DNA of 64,000 nt from Candidatus Latescibacterota bacterium (GCA_965248265.1 CBDFJF010000001.1:736001-800000); one strand, 5' to 3'. Counted from the first letter of the stretch, positions 42,624-53,972 are shown. A program made the numbers and translations. Notes: generated from the letters alone by a model not told the origin.

Positions 42624-43196
42624 ATGACCGGCCTGCACTCATTCGATGACTTTGTCGACCTGCCGGACAAAGAAATCCAAACCGTAATAGAGAAGGCCGA
42701 GCAGAAGGACCTGACTGTTGCGCTATGGGCGGCCAGCGAAGAGACAAAAGAGAAATTCCTCCGGAACATGACTGGCCAATTGCTCACCTTCGTGAAAGAG
42801 GAACTGGCGCTCATGGAGCCCATAGCTCCCTGGTGCCGACCTGAATCAGATCACGATATACCAAGCCTCCATGCCTTTGATGATCTGCTCAAGTTCACGG
42901 CTAGGGAGATTCAGGCTGGATTGCGAGAATTGGATCAGAAGGAGGTCGTGATCGCCTTGAAGGGAGCCAGTGAGGAAGCAAAAGGAAAGATCTTGAGCAA
43001 TATGTCCGAGCGCGTAGTTACTTTCATAGAAGAAGAGTTAGAAGCTTTGGTATCGATAACTCCAGAGGAGATAGAGAGCGTTCAAAAAAAATACTTAGAA
43101 ACGACGGTAATAGAAGCAGAAAAGGCCGTAGAGAAGGTAAAGGGCGGCATTGTGACAGCGCGAGAGCGAATGATACAGATTTACCAATCAGAATAG
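42624..43196 (+). CDS. Stand-alone protein with two FliG C-terminal-like repeats
   Basis: 'FDDFVDLPDKEIQTV...ALWAASEETKEKFLRNM' and 'FDDLLKFTAREIQ...ALKGASEEAKGKILSNMSER'; RBS AGGAGGA. Confidence 0.7.
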   Translation: MTGLHSFDDFVDLPDKEIQTVIEKAEQKDLTVALWAASEETKEKFLRNMTGQLLTFVKEELALMEPIAPWCRPESDHDIPSLHAFDDLLKFTAREIQAGLRELDQKEVVIALKGASEEAKGKILSNMSERVVTFIEEELEALVSITPEEIESVQKKYLETTVIEAEKAVEKVKGGIVTARERMIQIYQSE

Positions 43197-43250
43197 TGAA
43201 CCACTCAGGTATGATAATTTTGAGGCCATATAAATGTTTCCACCCAGGTG

Positions 43251-43296
43251 GCACTTCTGATAACATTCGTGGACAGATAGGCGTTATGAGAAATGC
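43251..43296 (+). repeat. attC-like site 1 (short, internally deleted)
   Basis: GCACTTCTGATAAC...GTTATGAGAAATGC. Confidence 0.6.
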
Positions 43297-43326
43297 GAGA
43301 AAGGTCGTTCGCCCTGTTCGAGGTGG

Positions 43327-43758
43327 ATGAAGAACTTGATACGAATCCGACAAGCAGACGCGTCCGAACTTTCGACGAAATGCAGATCTCTGGTGCCTGA
43401 GATTCAACTGACCGCCAAGTATGAAGCCAGAATCTCAGGCAAGTCCGGGGAGAATTTCGCAGCTGAGGAGAACAGTGAGATCATCGGTTTTGCAATCGGC
43501 TATGGGGAAGGCGGCTTCTTCTACATCTATCTCTTCGGTGTTGAACCAAACCACAGGAAACAGGGCATCGGACAACTCTTGCTTGACCATGTCGAACAGT
43601 GGGCGAGAGATACCAACTTCGATGGTGTCGCTATCCAGTCACGAAACAAATTTCCTGACATGCTGCGTCTTTTGGTCAAGAACAAATACAAAATTGTCGC
43701 ATTCATTGACCGCGGGGACCACGATAGCAGCCCAATTCGCTTCGAAAAGCTCTGTTAA
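43327..43758 (+). CDS. GNAT family acetyltransferase (cassette)
   Basis: 'FGVEPNHRKQGIGQLLL'. Confidence 0.85.
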   Translation: MKNLIRIRQADASELSTKCRSLVPEIQLTAKYEARISGKSGENFAAEENSEIIGFAIGYGEGGFFYIYLFGVEPNHRKQGIGQLLLDHVEQWARDTNFDGVAIQSRNKFPDMLRLLVKNKYKIVAFIDRGDHDSSPIRFEKLC

Positions 43759-43765
43759 GCACTTC

Positions 43766-43845
43766 TCATAACAGCACTGTTCGCGCTGCGGCGCCCTCGC
43801 GCCTTGGCCTTCGGCAACAGCTTCGCGGTTCGCAAACCGTTAGAG
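43766..43845 (+). repeat. attC-like site 2
   Basis: TCATAAC...GTTAGAG directly after the stop; shares the CTTGGCCTTCGGCA core with sites 3 and 6. Confidence 0.8.
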
Positions 43846-43868
43846 GCCATGCGGCCAAAGCGAAGACC

Positions 43869-43897
43869 TTGCACTCTATACGCCATTGGCGTATAGT
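43869..43897 (+). promoter_or_regulatory. Toxin-antitoxin promoter and operator
   Basis: TTGCAC-N17-TATAGT containing the perfect palindrome CTATACGCCA-T-TGGCGTATAG (43876-96); ATG starts 7 nt after the -10 (leaderless). Confidence 0.8.
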
Positions 43898-44064
43898 AGA
43901 TCTATGACCTTTGTTGAAACGCCCATCTTTTCAGAGGAAATTCTGACTCTACTACCCGACGATGGCTACCGAGCATTGCAACTGGCGATCCTGTTCCGAC
44001 CCGATCAGGACAGTGAATCGCCCCGGGGTTGCCGGAGGCTCCTTTTCTTGAGAGGATTGGAGTC

Positions 44065-45295
<1,231 letters not shown>

Positions 45296-45531
45296 CCAAG
45301 TCTCCGGACAACTCGGGGCGATTCACAGATCATCCCGCGCACAAGCGGCTTGCGCAAATTGAGATGGAATTTGCCGCGTGGCGGCAAACGCGGCGGTTTG
45401 CGTGTCATTTACTACTGGGACAAACCCGACGACACCGTTTACATGCTCTGGGTGTATCGCAAGAGTCGGCAGGAGGATCTAACGGCTCAGCAAGCCAGAC
45501 TGCTCAGCAAACTTGTGAAGGAGTACCTGTC

Positions 45532-45822
45532 ATGAAAGATCGCGACTTTGACAAACTTGTAGATAGCGTCAAACAAGCCGGTGCGATCAAGCGCGGCAAA
45601 CTCAAACCGGGCCGAACCATCCAGATGGACCCTGACGATGTCAGATTGATCCGCAAGAAACTGCAAAAGTCCCAATCTGAATTTGCCCTGATGATAGGGG
45701 TCAGTGTCTCTACTCTGCAAAACTGGGAGCAGGGACGCCGCAATCCCGAGGGCCCGGCTCGAGCCCTGCTCAAGATCGCTTCGGAGAATCCCGAAGCAGT
45801 GGCGCGATCCTTGAGTGCGTAG
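45532..45822 (+). CDS. higA: HigA/NadS-like XRE-family antitoxin
   Basis: 'SQSEFALMIGVSVSTLQNWEQGRRNPEGPARALL'; ATGA coupling to the toxin stop. Confidence 0.88.
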   Translation: MKDRDFDKLVDSVKQAGAIKRGKLKPGRTIQMDPDDVRLIRKKLQKSQSEFALMIGVSVSTLQNWEQGRRNPEGPARALLKIASENPEAVARSLSA

Positions 45823-45853
45823 CGAGCCCACACCCCGCCCCTGACCACACAGC

Positions 45854-45954
45854 CTCTAACAAACGGTTTACACTGCGCCGCCTTCAGCGGCTTGGCCTTC
45901 GGCAATCTGCCTTCGCTGTGCTCGACAGATTCGTAAACCGTAGAAACGTTACCG
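45854..45954 (+). repeat. attC-like site 3
   Basis: GCCTCTAAC (perfect complement of GTTAGAGGC at 43839); inner arms ACGGTTTAC/GTAAACCGT; R' GTTACCG. Confidence 0.85.
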
Positions 45955-45990
45955 CCCGTCAGATCCTATATCTGATAGTCGGTCTGCCAG

Positions 45991-46069
45991 GTAAAACGAC
46001 CGAAAAGGACGCAAAATTGCCCGTCCGGTGTATTTGAGCGAACATTGGTTCGCCTACAAATAGTTAGCC
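45991..46069 (+). repeat. attC-like site 4 (closes an ORF-less mini-cassette)
   Basis: Hairpin TATTTGAGCGAAC/GTTCGCCTACAAATA then GTTAGCC; R'' uncertain (GTAAAAC). Confidence 0.5.
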
Positions 46070-46135
46070 AAAAGCGCCCGCCACCCGCTCTGGACACGAT
46101 GGGACGCAGAGAAACTCACAATAGGAGGGCACACA

Positions 46136-46879
46136 ATGGAACGCATCTTCCCCAACTTATATCGCTTTACTGACGAGCCTTCTCACAAGGGGCGGATATA
46201 TTCGTACCTCATCGTGAGGAAGGGAGGAAATCTACTTCTGCCATGCTTAGGAGGCGGTGCTGTAAGTGAACACCTCAAGGATATCGAGCGCATTGGCGGG
46301 GTGGATACTCAGTTCGTCACGCACAATCATGACATCGACGGTGCCTTGCAGGAAGCCGTCTACGCCCGCTTCGGCGCCAAGCTCTGCTATCACCGAGCCG
46401 ACCACAAGAAAGTGGTGGCAAAGACCAAATGTCCGACAGCGGAATTCAGTGACGATGGCCTGCAGTTGGGCTCTGACTTCCAGGCACTCTACTTCCCGAG
46501 TTGTTCGGTCGGCTCCAGTGTCTACCACTGGCGATATCGGGGGAAACACTTCCTGTTCACGAGCCACGTCATCAACATGGTCGAAGGCGACTGGGAGGTC
46601 GGTCTCGACCTTAAGAAATCCCCACCTAGTCTGGCCCCCCAGTTCGCAGAAATCGCCAAGCTGCCTATCGACTACACCATGCCGAATGTGTGCAGATACG
46701 GGCAGGAGGAGTTCCATAGGTTCAACGATTATACAAGGAAGGCCTTCTCCACGGCGTTGAGAGCAAAGACCCGGCGAGCAAAGAGTAGGGTCGACGCACC
46801 GACTGGCAACATTGTGATCAAGGTAGTGGGGCCCAGACGGTTTCAGAGTCTTACGAAGGTGCGCGACGACAGGAGCTGA
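46136..46879 (+). CDS. Metallo-beta-lactamase-fold-like protein (cassette)
   Basis: 'SYLIVRKGGNLL', 'FVTHNHD', 'FLFTSH'; RBS AGGAGG. Confidence 0.6.
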   Translation: MERIFPNLYRFTDEPSHKGRIYSYLIVRKGGNLLLPCLGGGAVSEHLKDIERIGGVDTQFVTHNHDIDGALQEAVYARFGAKLCYHRADHKKVVAKTKCPTAEFSDDGLQLGSDFQALYFPSCSVGSSVYHWRYRGKHFLFTSHVINMVEGDWEVGLDLKKSPPSLAPQFAEIAKLPIDYTMPNVCRYGQEEFHRFNDYTRKAFSTALRAKTRRAKSRVDAPTGNIVIKVVGPRRFQSLTKVRDDRS

Positions 46880-46911
46880 AGGAGGAGGCTAGCGGCACCC
46901 GATTCGCCTTC

Positions 46912-46993
46912 GGCTAACACGTCCATGCCCGGCTTCGGGCTGCGCCCTTCGCCAAACCGCATTCGCGGTTCGGGCACGGCGAAATCGTTAGGC
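46912..46993 (+). repeat. attC-like site 5
   Basis: GGCTAAC (complement of GTTAGCC at 46063)...GTTAGGC; arms CCATGCCCG/CGGGCACGG. Confidence 0.82.
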
Positions 46994-47015
46994 GCAAACA
47001 GAAAGGCTCTTTTTT

Positions 47016-47275
47016 TTGGAAATGAGCATGGCAATCAGTCGAGCTGGAGCCTGAACCGCACTGGCGTCATTGCGACCTTTATTCTTTTCGCCCTCTGGGT
47101 TCTCTTCAACCAGGGCAAGATGACCTCGCTGGGGATATTTGGTGGCAAACCCGGCCACATGTTCACCTGCGCCACGTGGATAGACATTTTAGCAGGGCTA
47201 TTCGTTCACGGTGTAATTTTTTGCATCTGCGGGGAGCAGGTTTTGGCATTTCAATCATCGCGAACTGGATTCTGA
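47016..47275 (+). pseudogene. Small eroded membrane-protein cassette
   Basis: Two hydrophobic stretches between attC 5 and 6; start unclear. Confidence 0.35.
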
Positions 47276-47310
47276 GGCGGTTCAGGACGTAGTGCTGTGT
47301 ATCTGTCAGC

Positions 47311-47403
47311 GCCAAACAACACTGTTCGCGCTGCGCGCCTTTCGGCGCTTGGCCTTCGGCACCCTGGCATTCGCCAGGGTTGTGAGATGGAAGAACGTTA
47401 CGC
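47311..47403 (+). repeat. attC-like site 6
   Basis: GCGCCAAAC (8/9 complement of GTTAGGCGC)...GTTACGC; near-identical left arm to site 2. Confidence 0.8.
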
Positions 47404-47442
47404 GCCGTGCTATTCCCGGAGTATGAGGAACTGTCTATCTCG

Positions 47443-48174
47443 ATGACCAAGACATCCAGGGATAGTCTCGAAGTTGTGCAAGTCCACCATGGCTACGCCC
47501 GGTGGTCTGAGATATATGATATGCAGGACAATATGCTGATCATTCTGGAGGAGCCGCTGGTACGAGCACTGCTGGGAAACGTCCGTGGCCTCTCGGTCGC
47601 AGACATTGGTTGTGGCACCGGTCGGCACACCGTCCACATGGCTGAAGCGGGCGCTCAGGTAACCGCGATCGACTTCTCTCAGGAGATGATGGCGCGAGCC
47701 ATCGAGAAGACGAAAGAGTGGGACATCAAATTCGTTACGCACGACCTGACTGATCGTTTGCCCTTCGCCGACAATTCATTCGATCGCGTCCTCTGCTGTC
47801 TCGTTCTGGAGCACATTGCTGATCTGCACGGAATGATTGCAGAAATGGCGAGGATCTGTCGACCTGGAGGCTTCGTCCTCATAGCCGAACTGCACCCAGC
47901 GATGTTCCTCCGCGGCCTCCAGGCCCGGTTCACGGATCCAACGACAGGTCAGAAAGTCAACGTCCAGAGCAACCGCCACCTGATCTCTGACTATGTCAAT
48001 GCAGCCGTGAGGGCTAATTTACAGATCGACCGCATTGAAGAGCATCTTGCAGACGAACCCCTATTGGAGAAGTCGCCGAGAGCGAAGGAATACTGGAGCG
48101 CGTTCCGAGAGGACTTTGATCTGGGCTGGCCGATGCTACTGCTGGTGAAGTTGGGTAAACCATCACGCGCATGA
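47443..48174 (+). CDS. Class I SAM-dependent methyltransferase (cassette)
   Basis: 'ADIGCGTGRH', 'LPFADNSFDRV', 'RICRPGG'. Confidence 0.9.
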   Translation: MTKTSRDSLEVVQVHHGYARWSEIYDMQDNMLIILEEPLVRALLGNVRGLSVADIGCGTGRHTVHMAEAGAQVTAIDFSQEMMARAIEKTKEWDIKFVTHDLTDRLPFADNSFDRVLCCLVLEHIADLHGMIAEMARICRPGGFVLIAELHPAMFLRGLQARFTDPTTGQKVNVQSNRHLISDYVNAAVRANLQIDRIEEHLADEPLLEKSPRAKEYWSAFREDFDLGWPMLLLVKLGKPSRA

Positions 48175-48260
48175 CACAACCGTGTGCAACTCCGGTCGCT
48201 ACGCTCCCCCGTCCCAACCCGGCTGCGGTAGGTTTTCACACGGCTGAACAATGGTGACCT
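48169..48260 (+). repeat. attC-like site 7 (degenerate)
   Basis: GCGCATGAC overlapping the stop; arms CCGTGTGCAAC/GTTTTCACACGG; eroded R' GTGACCT. Confidence 0.5.
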
Positions 48261-48471
48261 GCTGATCCTATGTCTGATGGTCATTTTCGAATGACAGCCG
48301 CATTTGCGAACTCAAAGCAAGTATTTCCACGAGAATGCGCTCATCAAGGAGCCCGGGACTCGCGGGCTGGTGGTGCCTCCCGGCGAGTGTGGCAGACAGG
48401 CCCATGGGAACAAATCACTCATCGTGGGCTGGACAGCGCGGGACTACCTGCGGCTTTCTGCAAATGTCTGC

Positions 48472-49224
48472 CTAGAACCTTTCTTGCAGCAGCCGCGTGA
48501 TCGCGTTCGGCTTGCTGTAGTACGCACGTGTTGCAGCATCTGGATGTGCCCAGAGCCGCTTGGGAACGATCGTGTGGTTACTTATCGGCGGGCTCGAGGC
48601 ACGACCGCAATAGATGTGGACAGTGCGGCGCTCGACGTCACTGCGGCGAACGTTGCCCCCGTGGAACATGCCCGCGTTGAACACAACTGCCGTCCCACGT
48701 GGACCCTCGATATGGTGGGCCGCATCCAGCTCATAGTGCGCCAGCGGTGCCAGCTCGTCGCCGACAGCTGAGCCCGGCAGTACACTGAAGGTGTGCGTCG
48801 ACTCATCGACGTCGCTCAGGTAAAACGCGACGGATACGTAGTGAGAGGCAAAGGCTGGCGGTGATCCCAGCTCCGGCCAGCCATTTCCGTCTCGGTGCCA
48901 GTGGCAGTATGGCTTGCCGGCGTAGGGCTTGCGAATGTGTACCGTATGCTCTTCGGCGCGTAGGTGGGATCCGAGAATACCCTCGAGCAGTGGCATCAGA
49001 GTCGGCGGTCTCATTGTGACGTCCATCTCCTTGTATGCCAGCAGCGCGTGCGCGTTGAGGATTACGTGGCCGTCTTCCCGTTCGATCCAGAACGGCGTTT
49101 CGGCCGCCAGGTCGCGATCGATGGCAGCGTTGATGGCATCGACTTCCTCGACGCTCAAAGTGTCCAGCACAACAACGTAACCGAACTTGCGGTAGGTATA
49201 GAGCTGTTCCTGTGTGGATGTCAT
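48472..49224 (-). CDS. Phytanoyl-CoA dioxygenase (PhyH) family Fe/2OG enzyme
   Basis: 'YRKFGYVV', 'WHRD', 'FYLSDV', 'VLPGS', 'FHGG'. Confidence 0.85.
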   Translation of the reverse strand: MTSTQEQLYTYRKFGYVVVLDTLSVEEVDAINAAIDRDLAAETPFWIEREDGHVILNAHALLAYKEMDVTMRPPTLMPLLEGILGSHLRAEEHTVHIRKPYAGKPYCHWHRDGNGWPELGSPPAFASHYVSVAFYLSDVDESTHTFSVLPGSAVGDELAPLAHYELDAAHHIEGPRGTAVVFNAGMFHGGNVRRSDVERRTVHIYCGRASSPPISNHTIVPKRLWAHPDAATRAYYSKPNAITRLLQERF

Positions 49225-49483
49225 GAAATGTCCTTGCGGGAATCCGCGGGCATTGTGGATGGCGTCGGTGAGATTGCCTGAAGAGAGAGATAGCTTGTAC
49301 CAACCGATTATGCGCTAGTGCGCCCACGGCATCAATCTCCCCAACCCCTCTGCACAGTACCCGGAGCCCAGTGCCCCTCATACGAGTCGTCGGCTCCGGC
49401 CCGCGGACTATCAGACTGACGGACCGTACGCAAGCCGTGCCATGCCGGTGTCCAGATTTCCGCAACGATACCAGTTGGGAAGC

Positions 49484-50632
49484 TCACGATTGCAGATAGA
49501 TGAGGTCTCGTTCCTCGACAAGGTGATCGAGGCTGACTGCCTGACCGGGTCGTGGCACCGAAGTTCCCCAGACTCGCGCTCCTTTCAGACGGGTCGCTGA
49601 GACGCCAGCCCGATCCGCTACCAGGATGACATCGCTGGCCCGGTGAACGAGGATAGTTCGCTGTTGTGATTCGTCGGTTGGACGTTCGAGAAGGCAGACG
49701 TTAATCAATCCAAGGGCCTCGAGAAGCAAACCGGGAATCGACGCAAGCGAGTCGGGCTGATCAGTATCCACCTTCAGGCAGCGATCTTCGGACCAACTCT
49801 CACACAACGCGGTCGCCGACTCATCGACGTCGCCCGCGGCGCGTGTTCCCACCACGACAGTCGGCATCGGTACATCTCCGTCGACCCGGCTCTGCAGTAC
49901 GTCCTCGTCAAAACCAACACGGACAATGACCTCGGCATGCTCGACGTGAGCCTCGGCGAGGACGGCTCGTGCCGCTATTTCCTGTTCACGGGACAATTGC
50001 TCGCCCACAAACTTGATGCCCCCCTTTCCGCGAGCATGTAACACCGTGGGCGTGGGGCCAGGTATGGGGTGGATACAAGCTTCTGCCAGTTCCTCAAAGA
50101 CTGTCACCAACTGGGTAGTGACGTCGGCAGTGAGATCGACAACGATGACGATCATATCTGCCCCGGACAGGAGGTGGAGCAGTGGTCGCCCTGCACCCTG
50201 GCCGTCGGCGAGGCCGGGAACCACCGGCGGCGAATCTACCAGCTGCAGGGCTCCCCCTTCGCAGGGCAGCATACCAGGGAGGGGATGCGTTGTAGCAAAC
50301 GGATACGGTGCCACGACCGTAGCAGCACCTGTGAGGGCGCTAACCAGGGCAGACTTACCCACGTTTGGCACGCCTGCCACCACCACCCGTCCGTCTCCCT
50401 GACGCTTGACGTGGAAAGGATCGTGCTGACCGGCACGGGAACGCACCGCCTCATGGCCTTCGAGCCTGGCAACCTGCCGGCGCAATCTGTCCCGAAGATC
50501 CTTGTACGGGCCTTTCCACTCGTCGTGCAGGCCGGCCAGGTGTCGACGCAGGATACGCAGCTGCTCATCTTCGGCCCGACCGCGTAGCTCTTTCTGGATG
50601 TGGGACCAGAGGTCCTTGGCTGGCATGGGCAT
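49484..50632 (-). CDS. DRG/Rbg-like OBG-class GTPase with a C-terminal TGS-like domain
   Basis: 'GVPNVGKS', 'YPFATT', 'QLVDSPP', 'ARVWGTS...GQAVSLDH'. Confidence 0.75.
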   Translation of the reverse strand: MPMPAKDLWSHIQKELRGRAEDEQLRILRRHLAGLHDEWKGPYKDLRDRLRRQVARLEGHEAVRSRAGQHDPFHVKRQGDGRVVVAGVPNVGKSALVSALTGAATVVAPYPFATTHPLPGMLPCEGGALQLVDSPPVVPGLADGQGAGRPLLHLLSGADMIVIVVDLTADVTTQLVTVFEELAEACIHPIPGPTPTVLHARGKGGIKFVGEQLSREQEIAARAVLAEAHVEHAEVIVRVGFDEDVLQSRVDGDVPMPTVVVGTRAAGDVDESATALCESWSEDRCLKVDTDQPDSLASIPGLLLEALGLINVCLLERPTDESQQRTILVHRASDVILVADRAGVSATRLKGARVWGTSVPRPGQAVSLDHLVEERDLIYLQS

Positions 50633-50798
50633 GACAGCGACATACAACGCGAACTGCTACAATGGCAAGTTTTTGAGGGTCCGATCCCTGGCTCGTCCAC
50701 CAGCTACGATGGAGACCGTTCGCACCGGTACACGCAGGTGACCCACGGATAATGAGGACGATGGTCATTACTGAAGGTCTGACTCCCGATAATTCCGA

Positions 50799-51486
50799 TT
50801 ACCGGGAGTCAACGAAACGATGCTTCAAACGCTCGAGAATACTTATCCATAATCTCCCAAACGACCAGGTTCCAAACACCACGACCGCTAACCATCGATT
50901 GACGCCATCAAACGAACCCAACCCAATGAGCGTAGCGAGAACTATCGTGGCCACTGTTGCGCAAAGAGAAATTACCCTGCCCCGTTTCATTGCAAGCCCA
51001 CGCAAACGCACGATAATCCCTCTACTCGGGAGTCCACTTCATCACAGAGGTGGAGTCCATACGGGGGTTGGTGCTGTGCTGACGCTTCCAGCCGACGGTG
51101 CCCATAGGGCCGTTAGTGCCATGCCGACAACTCCAATGAACACCGGAAACAATACCTCGATTGAGTATCGGAGAAGATGGATGCGTCCATTCATCCACGG
51201 AATCCGGACAGCCCGCACGATCTCTTGTACCCACCCTTCGTCCAGGTCCTTGTGGAAGGGGACCATCGAGCCACGGAGATACGTACTCAGATTTTTTCGT
51301 CGACGGAAACGACCGATACCAGTTCCCTTCCAGAGTCCGAAACTGTTTGTACGAGCGATATGTCAGCCACACCTCCAGTCGGTACGTGTTCTCCGCTGGG
51401 AGCGTAACGACTATGAACGAGATGAAGAAATACCCGATGACCACCGCCATGCAGTGCATGAAAGTCTGTCTGTCGGTTATAGTCAA
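50799..51486 (-). pseudogene. Fragmented membrane protein
   Basis: Hydrophobic segments spread over three minus-strand ORFs. Confidence 0.35.
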
Positions 51487-51879
51487 TTGGGCAAATTCAT
51501 CTGGCGATGTGAGGCAAATTACGATATCAGGGATAGCCTCGTAACGCTAACTCTCAGGTCCTCAGACTCACGATAACCCTCGTTAAAAGGAGTCCACCGT
51601 CTTCTATGTACGGCTGTGAGGTTGCGCCCGCCTTCCACTTGATACATGCGAATCGCGTTATCGAAAATCTGATGACATGGTGACTATCAGTTGCTCACGT
51701 ATATGGCCTCCGTTCTGTCATTCCAATGGCCATCCATTGAAGATGGGCAACAGAGCCGTGAATCGCTACTGGTCAGAATGGAGTTTGCACGCTGCCGGGG
51801 TTTTTTCGTCTAGAGGTCGTCAGCAACTTCGGCCCCAACATCTCGGATGTCGTTCACGATGACGCGCGCGCCGGCCAAA

Positions 51880-51961
51880 CGCGAACTCCTCCGCCATTGC
51901 CTTCCCAAGACCGTCGCCTCCGCCCGTGATCAGTGCGACTCTTCCATCGACTCTGACCCAT
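51880..51961 (-). pseudogene. SDR oxidoreductase N-terminal fragment
   Basis: RBS and ATG, then out-of-frame 'RVDGRVALITGGGDGLGKAMA'. Confidence 0.6.
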
Positions 51962-52047
51962 CGTCTGCTCCTTTGCCTTGGAGACGGCCCTATGATAGCT
52001 TTTGTCCGCGATGATGACATTACCAACGCCGCGCTGAAGGCAGGTCA

Positions 52048-53601
52048 ATGAGAGAACCTACACCGCAGTACCGCGTCATCTTCAACTGGGACGGCCAGCC
52101 GTTCGGCCAGGGCGAGTACCCACAGTCCGTCGACCGGCTGATGCATGGCATCTACGACTCCATCGAAGGGACGCAGGTCGACGCTATGTTCTGGAGCATC
52201 GGAAGCCACGAAGCGGAGTGGCCGTCTGAGGTCCACGAGCGGCTCGGTGACTCCGAGAACCGCACGTACGACAGCCTCCGCGGTATGCGGCACAGTGAGA
52301 GCGTCCGCGCCATGTTCGAACGGGGTGAGAACCCGTACCAGGCGATGGTCGACCGCGGCCACGAGCTGGGTATGCAGGTCTACGTCTCGATGCGGATGAA
52401 TGACAACCACTTCTACGTCGACAAGGCTGAGGACATCGCGAGGCTGGGCAAGGGAACCCAACTCCGTCGGGACCATCCCGAGTGGCTGCTGGACGTCGAC
52501 GACGTAGCCGAGTGGCGCCCCATCGGCTCGTGGAACATGGCGATCCCCGAGGTCCGGGAGCACCGGCTCTCATATATCCGCGAGGCGTGTCTCCAGGCAG
52601 ACTGGGACGGCGTCGAGCTCGACTGGCAGCGGCATCCGTTCCACTTTCCGCAGAACTATGGCTACCGACTCCGGTACGCACTCACCGACCTCCAGCGGGC
52701 AATCAGACAGGTGGCGGACGAGATCGCGGAGGAACGGGGTAGGCCCTTCTACGTCGCGTCCCGCGTGGCGACGACCCTCGAGTCGTGCAGGAACATTGGC
52801 TACGACGTCGAAAAGTGGGTCAACGACGACCTGACCGACATCATCATCGGCGCCGGAGGGTCGGGCACCGACCCGGGGTTCGAAGTCGCGGAGTTCAAGA
52901 AGCTGACCGAAGACACCGGCATCAGGCTATATGGAGGCTTCGACAGCCTTGGCCGTCACGAGGCGAACCGCCTCGTCTCGCACTCCGAATGGCGGGACGG
53001 CTGGCTCCGAGCCGTCGCCCAGGGCTACTACGATCAGGGAGCCGACGGCCTATACACGTTCAATTGGTTCCCCAAAAAGCAAGATTGGCGCGGGCTGCTC
53101 AGTACGATCGGGTCGCCGGATACTCTGAAGGGCCGCGACAAGATCTACACCGCTCTGCATCGCGGGCCCACTTACCTGGACGGCGCCGGGGGTGGCGCCA
53201 TCAACGACAGGATCTACGGCGAGACGTCGACCGTACTCTTCCGGACCCTGACCGGGGACGGACCGAAGTTCACGATCGGCATCCACGAAGACGTCGCCGC
53301 TTCCGAGGCCATCGAGCTGCACATCGAGATGCAGCACTTCTTGCCCGAGGACTCGGTCGACGTCCTACTTGACGGTGAGAAACTCGCGGACCCGATTATT
53401 CGTGACGTCGCGGAAGACGACCCGAACGACCCCGCAGACGTCTCCGAGAACAAGTGGCTCGTCTGGACGCTCGACGCAGAGCAGGCAGCCAAGGGCGATC
53501 ACCAGGTGAAGGTCATTTTGGTCAATCACGACTCGCGGATACGCCCGCCATTGATCGTGAACCACGTCGAGATTCACGTCCGGTACGAGGGGACTTCGTG
53601 A
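52048..53601 (+). CDS. Uncharacterised GHL10/DUF187-like protein (paralog 2)
   Basis: 'IFNWDG', 'SMRMNDNH', 'DWDGVELDWQRH', 'NDRIYGET' shared with 12318..13931. Confidence 0.75.
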   Translation: MREPTPQYRVIFNWDGQPFGQGEYPQSVDRLMHGIYDSIEGTQVDAMFWSIGSHEAEWPSEVHERLGDSENRTYDSLRGMRHSESVRAMFERGENPYQAMVDRGHELGMQVYVSMRMNDNHFYVDKAEDIARLGKGTQLRRDHPEWLLDVDDVAEWRPIGSWNMAIPEVREHRLSYIREACLQADWDGVELDWQRHPFHFPQNYGYRLRYALTDLQRAIRQVADEIAEERGRPFYVASRVATTLESCRNIGYDVEKWVNDDLTDIIIGAGGSGTDPGFEVAEFKKLTEDTGIRLYGGFDSLGRHEANRLVSHSEWRDGWLRAVAQGYYDQGADGLYTFNWFPKKQDWRGLLSTIGSPDTLKGRDKIYTALHRGPTYLDGAGGGAINDRIYGETSTVLFRTLTGDGPKFTIGIHEDVAASEAIELHIEMQHFLPEDSVDVLLDGEKLADPIIRDVAEDDPNDPADVSENKWLVWTLDAEQAAKGDHQVKVILVNHDSRIRPPLIVNHVEIHVRYEGTS

Positions 53602-53972
53602 CGAAGTACCGCGTCGCCATCCGAGTCCTTCGATCGCTACATGCAGTCATACGAAGGCATCGCCGAAACCTACGATGGTGGGACGCAGCTGCTCATGTGG
53701 GGCTGGCGGCGCTGGAACATGCTACAACCGTACAGCGACGCTGGCGGTGGCGTCTTCGGGGCGTTGTTGCATGACTCGCCCGGGGGGGTGGATTTTCCGT
53801 GTCGGCATCAAGCTTTGAGCGTCCGTCGGAGTCCTGATCCGATGGGCGCCTATCGCAACATTCAACAGCTTCCTCTGCAGCAGCTGCCCGTCCGCCGCTA
53901 GCTGGTAGACGTACACGCCCGTTGCAAGGTCTGATTGGCTCTGTTTCGTAAAACGGCATAGGTGATCTGTAT

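Noticed and set aside
50752-51576. 274-aa plus-strand ORF
   Set aside because: Composition does not look protein-like; the minus-strand hydrophobic fragments are more plausible.
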